Part shown: positions 41,292-53,299 of the stretch, piece after piece
Layout of the letters: every line of letters begins with the position of its first letter
Position numbering within the stretch: position 1 is the stretch's first letter
Origin: Camelus dromedarius
Lineage: Eukaryota
Assembly (NCBI RefSeq): GCF_036321535.1
Contig: NC_087447.1
Coordinates: 33,420,001-33,484,000, forward strand
Length of the DNA stretch: 64,000 nt
Direction of reading: 5' to 3'
Notes under the pieces: generated by a model
Told to the model about the DNA's origin: nothing
Seen by the model: only the letters and a program-made list of their open reading frames with translations
Databases searched by the model: none
Position numbers and translations under genes: made by a program

Positions 41292-41990
41292 CAGTGATTT
41301 TGAAACACCAGTCCATGCACCAAAGCTGGACTGCCTATGTAAGAACTACACCAAATATTTACACAATGGAATACTACTCAGCCATAAAAAATAGTAAAAT
41401 AATGTCATTTGTTGCAACATGGATGGACATGGAGATGGTCATTCTAAGTGAAGTAAGCCAGAAAGAGAATGAAAAATACCATATGATATCACTTATATGT
41501 GGAATCTAAAAACAAAGGAAAAAAAGACACACATGAACTTACTTACAAAACAGAAACAGACTCCCAGACAAACTTATGGTTACTGGAGGGGAAAGGAGAT
41601 GGGAAGGGATAAATTGAGAATTTGAGATTTGCAAATACTAACTACTATATATAAAACGGATAAATAAGTTTCTACTGTACAGCACAGGGAACTATATTCA
41701 ATATCTTGTAGTAACCTATAATGAAAAAGAATATGAAAACAAATATGTATGTATACATATGACTGAACTATTGTGCTGTACATCAGAAACTGACAAAACA
41801 TTGTAAAATGACTGTATTTCAATAAAAAAGAAAGAACAACAACAAAAGAACTACACCGAGAGCTTATGAAGAATATAGCTGCTCGGGTTCACCCACCAGG
41901 TCAGAGATGGCCTTTGGTTACCATTCTGTTTTGTTTTTTAAATAGATTCCTCAATAATTCTTCAATGTAGTCAGGTTTGGGAGCTCTGTT
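41292..41990. mobile_element. hAT-Charlie MITE (MER5-like) split by an L1 insertion
   Basis: Left end 'cagtgattttgaaac'; right end 'gtagtcaggtttgggagctctg' followed by 'tttctaga'. Confidence 0.55.
41353..41845 (+). mobile_element. Young camelid-type L1 3' fragment with 12-bp TSD
   Basis: 'acacaatggaatactactcagccataaaa...gggataaattgagaatttgagatttgcaaatac...tgtatttcaataaaaaag'; exact TSD aagaactacacc at 41341-41352 and 41846-41857. Confidence 0.94.
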
Positions 41991-44232
41991 TCTAGACTTT
42001 TCCTACATCAAAATCCAAATTTACCTCTCGTATGGCCCAGTGGTTGTGGACCTCTCTTTCCCTGATCTATCTAAAAAACTCCCTTGCGTTGGGTCCATGA
42101 ATCATTAACTGGTGACAACTTTGTTTTCCCTTCAAGAGCTTACATAAAGGATAACATTATGCCATGAACTAAAGTATGAACAATGCCAAGAGAAAGGAAG
42201 GAAACCTTAGAATCCCTCCACTCCATTCTTTATAAATGAGGCTGACCCTCAAGTATACATACTTTGAGTTCCAGCTCTCCCATTCTCTCCCTACTTGGTA
42301 AAGAAGCTGGAAGTACATACAGATAAAGTTTGGAGACAACGAAGCACCACAGATGTGCAGAATCAATAGTAATAACAGTAACCACCACCACCCACCCTGC
42401 ACTGAGTCCCCAAGGCCAAGCACCACCCCAAAGCACTTTACGTAAATGATCTTATGTAACATTCTCATCTATGGGTATGTATTAGTATCACTATGCCCAG
42501 TCCACAAATTTAAAAACTGAGGTGCAAAGAAATTAACTTGCCCAAATTTACACAGCTAACAACTATTTCATGGGGACCAGAGAATTTGTGATGGCAGGGG
42601 ATGTTCAGTTAGCAGAGACACACCCTCTTCTCTTTTCCCTTGTCTCTAGAGAGAAGAATATTGGAAAATAGGCTTTTGAAAAGAGGAAGCAAAAAAAACA
42701 TACAGCAATAAACAGCAGTGTCTCCAAGACTTTTCAGTTGGGAATTACTAAACTAAGGCTTTGAGGCTTCTTTCTGACCTGTGCATAGGAGGACACGCAG
42801 GACCCTTCTGCTCTCCCATTTGGGCAGCATATGGGTTGTGGGCGGTGGGGAACAAAAGTGCTACCTGACAGGCCACTTTAGTTGTAGACAATTGAGAGCG
42901 CCAATGAACTCTTGAAGGCAGAAGCGGAGATGGTGGCTGAGGGCTGGCTTTGTCCCGGATGCTCAGCCCAGGACTGCAAGGTAAAAAGGAGCCTGTAGTT
43001 CCTATGGAAACTTTGCCCAGGCACACACATTAAACCTGGTTGAAGCCACAACTTTTCAGAAAATCCAGAAAGCATCTTAAATAGATGACATCAAAATAGA
43101 CCAAGACTCACTTCAAGATGGCAGAATTTTCCTTAAGCCTGACACCAATTTCTTTTCTTTGCCCTTCCAGGTCCTCTTCTCAAAGAGACTGCAGAACTGG
43201 AGTGGCCAGCACATTGAAGTATCTCTTCATCAGAAATGTAGTCTGGAGCTGACTGACCTTAGATTATGCTTTGCCCTATTGGGTGTTGGAAGGGAGGCTG
43301 TCCCCAACATGCCTGTTCTTTATCCTGGGCCCCAGAGAACAAGTCCTGTGGCTGATCATTTCAACTTTGACAGTATCATTAATGAGAACCAACAATTCAT
43401 GGGTATCTTTCTATGCAAAAAATTCTCTATAATAGGTCTCAGATCGTTAACCATAAGGACTTTCAGTGGGTTCTGGAGAAAACAAAACATTCCCCTTGAC
43501 CACCATTATCAAGCTGTCCAACCACAAGTAACCCAGTAGAGACCAACAGTGTCTTTTCTTCAGGTTGGCAGTAAACCTTCCCCCAGTGACAGACATGGGA
43601 GACAGTATCTCTTTCCTACCCCAACCCACAAACTCTGTGAAACCCCCCCAACTTCACAAGTAGTCCTGCCATCTTCTGACAGGCAGGAAGGCTCATTCCT
43701 CTGCAGAGAATAAATGGCATCAATTCCATAGATCCAAAGAACAGCCTCTTTAAGAGGTTTCCCTTTGGAAAAAAATATTTAAGCAAAGCTGTGCTTGATG
43801 AAGTGAAATAGAATTAGCCGCTCTGGTAGCACAGGCTTCTCAGATTCATTCTAAGGTAGACTGGCTCATTCGCTTCCAAGTGGAACGAACCCAACAACAA
43901 TATATCACAGTTAACTGTGATCACAGCTCCATGGAATTCCAGCCGGTGCCGGGAGTACACTGAGGTGCACTTAATATTCCCCAATCTGTAATCAACCTTT
44001 TGCAAATTTTTTCCTAATCACTGGTTATGGTTTCATTTTAATGAACTGTTTTCTTAGCATATCACAGCTGGTCATTTCAGCACGCCTAATGGCCCATTCG
44101 GTAGGTTAAATTACAATTAGGGTCCCTTGGTTTTTTGTTTCCCAGCAAGGCTTGAAGGGGGTTGGTTTTTTTCTCTTCCCCACGGCTCGATTTCAAGGAC
44201 AGAATCACAAAAGATCAAAGGCAAACACATAC

Positions 44233-44403
44233 CTGTTGCAGTCGACATGGAGCAGGAGGTGAGAAGCACTGACCGACAGTGCGACCTTGTGCCACTGCCC
44301 GTCAGCCATCCGGTAGGGAAGTGCCTCGGTCCTGGGCTTCCCGCTGTGTATGTAGTGATAGCGAATCTCATCCCTCAGACCACTGCTCTCCAGTTCGAAA
44401 TAG
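44233..44403 (-). CDS. NELL1: NELL1 (neural EGFL-like 1) internal coding exon, LamG/TSPN domain; exon 4 by human numbering; 171 nt, phase 2-2
   Basis: Minus strand: acceptor cttcacctacag|C TAT TTC..., donor ...AAC AG|gtatgt. Translates (S)YFELESSGLRDEIRYHYIHSGKPRTEALPYRMADGQWHKVALSVSASHLLLHVDCN(R), matching recalled NELL1 protein. The ORF track misses this frame. Confidence 0.98.
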
Positions 44404-44797
44404 CTGTAGGTGAAGTAACAGAAGTTTGTTTTGTTTCACTCTTGGATCTCACGCTCATCATCAATCCTCATTACTTACTACCAGGTCTCTCAGAATCTAA
44501 ACTTAGCTAAACATGACACAAAGAACCACAACCCCAAATCAATCGTACGGTATGGAACCCAATTCCCCTATTGTCAGAGCCCTCATGGTAGAGCCTGAGC
44601 CCCCGAAATGGCAATGGATTCACTGCTGGGAGGTGACAGGCCACAGGCCAATTAGCAAAGCTTGGTGCTGGGTCCCGTAAGTACTTAAAAGTATAGCTCA
44701 GAGCCTTCTTTTCTATTGTCTAAAAAAAGGCCATTCATGTGGAATGGATTTATTGGTATTTTTTATTATTGCCATTTTTACCTTTTCAAAAATTAAA

Positions 44798-44900
44798 GGG
44801 TAGGGGATATAGAGCTCAGTGGTAGAACACGTGCTTGGCATACACGAAGTCCTGGGTTTAATCCTCAGTGCCTCCGTAAAGGGGAAAAAGAAATGAAAGG
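44798..44900 (+). mobile_element. Camelid tRNA(Ala)-derived SINE (vic-1 type)
   Basis: 'gggtaggggatatagagctcagtggtagaacacgtgcttggcatacacgaagtcctgggtttaatcctcagtgcctcc' plus A-rich tail; degenerate A and B boxes. Confidence 0.85.
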
Positions 44901-47139
44901 AAAATGGAAGTCATGGTAAACGCTGGGGATTGAAATAAACTGTCAGGGAAGAGATTAGTAAGATTTTCGGTTTGTTTTTTTCCTTTGATTTTTTACTTCC
45001 TCCTGGACAAAAAGGTTTAAGTGGACAAGTCCTAGGTAATGAGGAGGGGAGGAAAGTTTGAAGCTACTCACATACGTAACCGTATTTCAAATTTTCATGG
45101 AATGAAACATGCAACTGGGTTTTTCTTTCCCCAGATGGTTATTGTATTTTCCAGATCAATGAGGAACTCTTAGCACAACCACTGCAGTCTACACTTTAGT
45201 CATAAAAGGCAGCAGGCAGCTTTGGGGCTCCCCTCAGTCACACCAGGGCTAACACTCTCACAGGTGGCAGACCTACGTAGACGCCTATGCTTCCCTTCTG
45301 AAATGTGTCACCATGGTCGCCATCAGCACGGCCCAATCTCACTGCCAGGCATTTGACATATGCTATCTAATTTATCCCCCACAAAAACCTCTAAGACTCA
45401 TATTATCCCTTTTAAAACATGAAAAAAACCTCAGTCTGGAATTAAATAACACACCCAAGACAGGATTTAAACTCGGGTCTAGATTGAACAGCCTATGTGG
45501 CCTTTCTGCCAGTTTGGTGCCTCAACTAGCGCCATCTCCCAGCAAGTCATTCACACAGTCAGCTCAAGAACTACCCGCCCATACAGGTAACCAAGTTCAA
45601 TCCCAAGATTTGTATGAATCTACTCCTCCTCTTTTTATCCACTGAGTTGGCCTAACCCCACCAGCCCAAGCGTCCTTAATCTAGGACATAAAATGCCTCT
45701 TTCATGAGGACTGAGATAAATATATCAGACTCAGCCTCTGCTATGCATGACTTCCAAATCTCACACCACACGTGAGAACAAATGCATGTTTCTTGCTCAT
45801 CTTTCACAGGGATCTTCCCAAGAGAGCACTGCAGGGGAAGCAAAGTCAAGACCAGCCTCTGACCCATCTTATTTGCGCTAGACAAAGAATCACGCCCAAA
45901 ATTATAAATTCAAAAGGTTACTTATACTGATGCATCTGGCTCCTGGGCCCAGCTACCTACTTATTAGTAATAGTAAATGTAATACATATTTTCTAAGACT
46001 GCAAAGGAGAAAAATCCCTTAAATAAGAAGGCATTCATTTTAAGAGAATTCTCCCATTTTTTCCTAACAGCTAGAACATTGGAAGAATCAAACAATCAGA
46101 ACTTAAAAGCTCAGAAAGACCTTGGAGATCATCTAATCATTCATTAATTTATTCAATGTGTCATTACTGAACACACAGTAAAAGACTAAAATGGGATTTC
46201 AAATATAGACCCTGTTCTCAAGATGCTTTCAGAGTAGCAGAAAAGGAAAATATCTGCCCCTCCCCTACAAAAAGCTTGAAACTGGTCTAAGAGAAACAAC
46301 TGGGAGGCAAGGGGATCTCTCATGAGTGACTGCCATGTGATAGAAATGGTCCAAGTGCTTTCATAAACATCTCATTTCATTTCTTCAAGGTAAATACTAT
46401 CACTGTTTTACAGTTGCGTTCACATGTGTTCAGACATAGAAAGCACCTTGCCTAAGACCACACAGCTCCTGTATGGAAAAGCATGATTTGATATTTGAGA
46501 ATTTACTAAGATTAACACATCTGAGAACCCTCTCAATCACTATACTTTGACTAATATAAGCTACTGCTGGAGAAGGGACATGAACTTGAAAGGACCTCAA
46601 TCAATGACAATCAAAAATATTCAGAGATAACTTGAATCATAAAAAGAGGGGGGGAGGCATATACACTTAACCAAATTTACTGATTATTCCAGGGTTATGA
46701 CCTCACTGAGCAAGTGTACAACATACCATAAACAGAACTTTTACAGATCACTTTACAGTGCATTGGAGTAAGTGGTCACCTTGAAGCAACCACAAATACA
46801 CAACTGTAAGAAAAGAAATCTGCCCTAATGTTAGGTAAAGGGATACTTGTGTCATGGAGTAAAGTTTCTGACAGTATCAGGCACATATACCAGAAGTTCT
46901 GTATCTCAAACAAGTTGGATGAAAGTCAAGGTATTATTTTTTTAAGTTAGGTAACTGCAGAAGTGACCCTAGAGAGAGAAAAATAAGGGAGAAAAAAGAA
47001 TAGGGAGAAAAATAAGACAGTACCTCCAGGCAGACAGATGGGAGGCTTAATCCTGAGGACAGCTCGGAGGAGGTTGTCCCTTGGCCTGAAGGCGTTTGAC
47101 TGTAGCCTGGAGGGGAGACTCACGATTTGCAGTAGCATC

Positions 47140-47285
47140 TCATTACTCAAAGTATGGTCCACCAACCCGCAGCATCTGTACACGTGCAGAATCTGGGGCC
47201 CAACCAAGGCCTCCTTGAACCGGAATCTGCATTTTAGTAAGACCCACAGATGATTCATGTGCACAAAGAAGCTGAGGAAGTGCTG
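47140..47285. mobile_element. MER5A-like hAT-Charlie MITE
   Basis: 'tactcaaagtatggtcc...gcagcatc...tgcagaatctggggccc...ggaatctgcattttagtaagaccc...gatgattcatgtgcaca'. Confidence 0.85.
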
Positions 47286-48984
47286 GAGGAGAATACACCA
47301 CGTGTGGCTCTACTTCCTGGCCAAGGTCATGGTGAGGAAGCGGAGGTCTGACACTAGCGGTAAGTGAGTAACAGCCACGTGGGGCCTGCAGGGAAAAGCA
47401 GCACACCGGAAGTGGCGGTAAGCCCGTGTGTGAGCGCTCTGCCCTGACCAGTCCTCTCCCTTCAGGCCTCAAGTGCTTTAGGGTCTTCCTGGGACTTTGT
47501 GGGAGGGGGCATGTGTGGGTAATAAAGTCACCAGCCAGACTGTGTGAGCAGCATTTCTGGCCTCAGCCTGGGACCTCAGCCAAATGTGCTGTTCCGATGA
47601 ACAGTCTGGCTCCCAGAAAAGCCTGTTCCTACTGCCAATATTTGAAAACAATAATGATATTCACTACAAAGTTTTCTCTTTCAGACCAAGCATCCCCAGT
47701 TCTTTCCTTTACATATGTGTCCCCCCCACCTAGACTATGACACCTTCCTGGTCAAGGACTATGCCTTTCCAGATCCTTTCCCAAGTTGGTCACCGTGCTC
47801 TAGGTATGGTAAAATGAATCCGTTTCCCCCTGAAATACAGTATCCAGGAATAAAGATGACTCCCCTGGGCTGAGCACAACTATGAGTGCATCCTAATGCC
47901 TGCACCACTTCCAAACATCTAACTCTGCAAATCCTTTGACACAAAACACCGCAAGGGTAAATCTCTCCCACCCTGTACTTACATAGCTCAATTTTTTTTA
48001 AACCTACACTCATACTTAAGTGCTAGACAGATGCTATTCATAATTAACGTAATTCTCCAAAGCCCACACTTGGGTATTAGAAACAATCAGTTACCACAAA
48101 CTGAAGTCAGATTTCACAAGACTACCTGAATCCTATGCTACACTGGGAAATAAAACCCAGGAACAATTCCAAATAGCATAGGTAGACCAAGATCAACCAA
48201 ATTATTTTTATTAAAATGTTTGTCGTTTTCCTAATAACTTATAACAAGGAATCCATTTTTTGAGAATGCACACAGACAGGTAGGATGGTTATGCACTCAA
48301 AGTGTTAACATGGTTACTACCAGGTGAATGTGCTTCTTCCATATTCTAGGTTGAGAAAAGCAAAAGTTAATTTTAAATGGTATCCAGGACTAATTCATTG
48401 GTCAAAGACAGAAGTTTTCAAGGAAAACTCTCTTTTCCAGCAATTCCAACAGGACATATACTGAGTATCTGGAGAAACCTCTCATACCCTGAGGAGCTCC
48501 AGCGCTAGGGTAGCACCTGCTTATGTTCCAGCAGTGGCCTCTCTGGGCCCCTGAAGAAACAGTCGCCTCACAGAAGTCTGGGTGGGGAGGTCAAGGCCAA
48601 ATGGATTTGGGAAACAAGGCCACTCCTACCCGGGCAGGATTATCAGGACAGGGAAAAAGCCAGGCAGGCCCCTAGCTCCTTTCTGTAAGGGGAAACAGAC
48701 CACCATGGGCAGAGGAAGCACGTGGGTAAATCAGTCCTCCAAATCCTGAAAAAATACCAAAGATGATTTAAAAAAAAAAAAAATCAGTTTCTTAGCATAG
48801 TGCCTAGAATTCTGCAGGACCTCGGGAAGGATTAACTCTACTTTTAACAACATAGTTAATGCTTGTTCAGTAATAGCCTGTACTTATGGTGCTTATTGCC
48901 AGGGGATGACTGCAGGCCTTTCCATTTCATATCAAAATAACCCCTGCCACACCCCATGAGATACCTACTGGTGGTTCGCTTTCA

Positions 48985-49205
48985 CAGACACTTCCACAGC
49001 GCTACGTGCCAGGCACTAGTCTGTAAACATTCACTCGTGGAATTGTCACTGCAGCCTTCAATATTCCCAGCAATCACCATCCCCGTTTTTCAGGAGATGG
49101 AACCAAGACACAGAGAGATTAAGTAACTTTCCCAAGGCTACACAGCTAGGTCAGAGCAGAACTAGGATTCCAACAAGAATAGTCTGGCTCCAGATTCCCG
49201 CTTTA
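48985..49205 (-). mobile_element. MIR SINE
   Basis: 'gtgccaggcact...cacagagagattaagtaactttcccaaggctacacagct...gtctggctccaga'. Confidence 0.85.
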
Positions 49206-50057
49206 TGCAGCATACTGAGTCCATACTACCACTGCCTTATTTTACAAAAAAGAAATTTAAGGTTTGGTGCTCAAACAGCTATTGGTGATAGAACTATGAC
49301 TTCAACTTAGAATCTGGCAGACACCATGGGGATGTTCCCACTGGCAACATCCCACTACCTTCTCCCATGGAAGATAGTTCAAATATATTACCTCAAATGC
49401 TGCCAGTCATCTTAAATGATAGTTATTAAATTCATATTGTGAGCATGAAAACTGGGGCTCTGATTGATAAAATGCCTTGCCCAAAGTCACATAACTCCTA
49501 AGACTGAAATCTAGATCTGCTGAAATCCAGAATCCATGTTCTTTCCACCACACTGTATTACTCCCCTCCAGATACAGTGGCATGGCCACACCAGGGTCAG
49601 AGGGCAAGAGAGTTCAGGTGAATTCAGGGAGCCCCCATCCCTGGTCCCCACCATGCCCCATGCTACCATGGCATCCCCCTGCCGACTCAAGTACAATCCC
49701 CAATTCCTCATGCTGTGATAAAACCGCCACCACGGAGAGGAATGCTATAGCCATTCATGTAGGGGCTCTTTCCCCTCTCCCAACCCTTTGCTCCCACTGC
49801 TGGGGTAAATGAAGAGAAGCCAAAACCACCAGGAAGGTATATTGTGTCCTACCTCAGGCCCTGGGTCACAAGGACTATGTGGACTGAAACGAAGCAAGGG
49901 CACCATTTTTAACTTAATAGCAGCACAAAGAACACTGGCCCAAGGATACGGAGACCTGATTTCAACCTTAAATCTGCTAGAGACAAACCATGTCATCTTT
50001 GGCAAATGTGTCCCTGCCTCTCTGTGCCTCAGTTTCTTCTGTCTGTTAAATAATGTC

Positions 50058-50250
50058 ATTAACTCTGATCCACGGGCCCTAGGAGCCCTTGCAAGGGACT
50101 CAGGGTCTACGGCAGAGGAAAAGGATGAGGATGCAACCTCTTAACCAGAGCAGCTTCACTCTTATCTGTTACATAAATTGGAACTTCCCCTAAGATTTCA
50201 TCTGGATGAAAGCAATGCATGCCCAAAAAGAGTCTTAAATCAATAAACCA
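50058..50250. mobile_element. hAT-Charlie MITE remnant (MER112-like)
   Basis: 'cagagcagcttcactcttatctgttacataaattggaacttcccctaagatttcat' resembles a recalled consensus; subfamily uncertain. Confidence 0.45.
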
Positions 50251-50967
50251 GATAATCTTTAATACTCTCAGGTCTCAATTCCTGCCATTCATAAACTACT
50301 CTGCAAACTGATAAACTATTCGGAAACTGAAGAGCTGGTCAGTTTGTTTCATTCTACCCTTGACATTTCTGGCAATGTTGAGGCTCCTGGATCCTTAACA
50401 GCCTGGAGGAGAGAGGAGGAGATGACAGATGTAGCGGACGTAACTAATATTCACACCACACCCTTCTCCCTGGGCTGTGTTTCCCAGTGCCCTTGCCTCG
50501 GGGGTGGGGGGTGGGGGGGTCATAAAATCCACCGTCACCAACGAAACCTGAGCCAAGGTGATGTGCATGACCAAGGTGAGGCGGTTCAGAGAGGGATGTC
50601 TCATCCACGCCAGCTGCAGAGGCGCTGACAGAGCGCTTAATGGGTGATGGTGTCTTTAGATGGAATAAGCCTGGGTCCTCAAATAACTGCACTGAACAGG
50701 GACACCACTCCTCACACAGACTAACACTACGCTTGGACTGAACAAACATAAAACTTTACTGATAACATCCTGAGATTCAGAGGTTATTTGACTACCTTGA
50801 CTCATTAATAAGAAGTACAGGAGCACGAAATGAGGAAAGACAAAAAAACAAAAAGTAACCATGGACACGAAGCCATTGCTAGACTGTAAACAGTGATGGC
50901 AGGAGGCATGAAGACAGTCATCTTCAGTCCTGTCTGTGACAGATCACCTGCACTGTATGGCCTAATA

Positions 50968-51529
50968 TTCTGCTTGGCAAACTGTATTTTCCAAAAGTAC
51001 CCACGATGACATCGCCCATCTCATGTGCTCTTCTACAGTGTGACTTTGACATGCTTCCAACTGGACACAGGGATCTATATCCCCTCCCCTTGAGTATAGA
51101 TGGGCTTGTCAGTGCTCTAAGGGCAAAAGTGATGCTTGGTGACTTCCACGATGGATTATAAAACATGATGCACTTTCTTTCTTGCCAGAACTCTTGAGCT
51201 TGAAGACCTGAGTCGCTGTGAAAGAAGTGTGACCACCCTGAGGCCATCATGCTTTAAGGAAGCTCAGACCACACTGGGGAGATTACAGAGAGGTACTTTG
51301 GTTAACACCCCCAACTACCAGATCCCACCCAACCACCAGGATAAACACCAGATGTATCAGGTGGAAACACCTCCAGATGGCTTCCCCAGCTGTCCCTTCC
51401 TCCTAGCTGAAGGCACAAACTTTGTGGAATAGAGACAAAGCCATCCTTCTCTGGACACTGTACAAATTCCTGACCCACAAAACCTGTAAGTTTAGGGGTA
51501 ATTTGTTACCAAAACTGCCAACTGGAACA
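50968..51529 (+). mobile_element. MaLR MLT1-family solo LTR
   Basis: 'tgtatttttccaaaag...tgctcttctacagtgtgactttgaca...ccctgaggccatcatgct...aaattcctgacccaca...tttaggggtaatttgttac...aactggaaca'. Confidence 0.85.
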
Positions 51530-53299
51530 CTCTAACTTCAGGTACACAGGTTTTATGTTTTAAAATTGAAACTATCATTTAGGTATGTCCCTGCTAAATA
51601 AATGCCTGGGGCCACTGGCCAGATGATCAAATCTCAAAGGGCCAATTTTCTGCTTACAGCCCCACAGACTTGTAACTATGCATCTTCTTCTAACACCAAA
51701 AATGGAATTCTGCCCAGAAAATGCAACTGAAATATCAATAAATCCTGTCTTTTAAAATGCATGGTTTTCACTAGCTATTTTAAGAAATAAATACTGAAAG
51801 ACTGCATTAGTATCTTTCTCACGAACCCCTTATTTTTCTTGCATCAAGTCCCAACATTTTGGCCTCAAATTTCACGTTCAGTGAAACACAAGTAGCCACC
51901 TCAGTGGTCCTTTTATAAATCAGGATCTGCTGTGGGTTCTAGTCCCAGAGTTCTCTTCCGGTCTACAGAGCTATCTGACACATTGCAGGGAAGTCCTGAT
52001 TTACCTGGACAAGCTGCCATTACTCCCAACTTCTGTCTCCTTTATTCAGAGCAATGTGTGTAGCAGAGAGAATAGAAACACCAACAAAAGAAGTGCCTAG
52101 CATTTGACAGGCGTCACAGTCCAGCCAATTTGTGCTCAATCCCTGCCTCCACCATGTAAACCCTGTGTGACTGAGGACAAGACGCATTTGTCTGAGCCTT
52201 CTTTTCTTCATCTAGTAAAAAACATCTACCCTGCCACACATTTTTTAAGGAAAAAATGAACATGTGGAGTCATCTTTCCAAGTGCCTCGTGTCCACCAGA
52301 TTATGACTCCCCTTCCTTATTCCTTTCGGCACACGTGGAAACGAAGAGCCCCAGAGAAGCGTAATGCTGACAAAAGAGTCCGCACCCTGCCTTCCGTAAG
52401 AACGTTTCTCAGACTTCCCCTTCCCCTTCCCCTTGTTTAGACTTGACCTTGTGATTTTATTTGCTGTTTTAAACGTACATATTAGTTCTGTACTCGATCC
52501 TCTTAGCCAACATCTAGCAGGAGATTCGTGGTGACAACTATTACAAACTGCTGGCACCATTAAAAATAGAACATTCACTGCTGAGTGAAATGTAAAAATA
52601 AGGTTCTTTCACATCTATTCACAACAGTCTTAAAAGCACAGGAGTAAGCATACAATTCCTGCTGAAGTAAAAGCTGGCTTCTAACTTTCCCAGATACTGA
52701 GAACCAGGAAAGACGACATGGAACTTTAAAAAGATAAAAATCTGTTAATTTTTTTTAATTTTTAATTGAGAGAAGAAACTTAAAAGCAACTAACTAGTCT
52801 GCTAGAACAAAAGGGAGAATGATTACTCGCAGTTGACTGTCAAGACCTCCACACACAGTCAAATATAAGTATTTATTAAGCAATCATGCCCAAGGCATGG
52901 AGCTTAGAATCACACAACTGTATCTTATCTAAGACTAAGCTTCTAGTTCCAGATCTCCAGGAACTCAAAATTAAGATGTTTCTAAATATCAAGATTTAAG
53001 AAAGAGAAACTAAAATAGTTGTCTCAACAGCCAACACATAGATAGTACTTTCTATACTTCTAAGATTTTTCTAAAGACTTTAAGAGAAGGAGTACTATTA
53101 TTTCCAAGCAAGAAATACAGTCTTCAGTTTTCTTTATTAATTTTTTCAATTTTCATGGTTGAAAAATTAACCTCTTTCAAGATACTCAATGAAGAATTTC
53201 CCTCCCATCCTATACTTCATCTTACCAGCACCAAATATCCCTCATAGGCAGCTGCTGCTAACAGATTCCTGTGCACCCTTCCAACGTTTATAAATAATT

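Larger units (their letters stand above)
6285..44232 (-). other. NELL1: NELL1 intron between the two exons (37,948 nt, GT-AG)
   Basis: Canonical GT/AG ends; the flanking exons join into contiguous NELL1 peptide (DCNR|IYER). Confidence 0.93.

Noticed and set aside
44117..44510. ORFs of 84 aa (-) and 127 aa (+) overlapping the exon
   Set aside because: Alternative-frame and antisense shadows of the real NELL1 exon; no protein resemblance.
43519..44531. RUNX-type AACCACA sites near the exon
   Set aside because: A 7-mer that recurs many times in 64 kb; not informative without ChIP data.
44803..44876. tRNA-Ala gene
   Set aside because: Degenerate A and B boxes, no intact cloverleaf, G-rich leader and A-rich tail: a SINE.
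49329..49353. Imperfect palindrome gggatgtt...aacatccc
   Set aside because: Short, within chance expectation, and sits among MIR fragments.
50500..50520. G-run cluster, possible G-quadruplex
   Set aside because: Isolated simple G/T tract with no supporting context.
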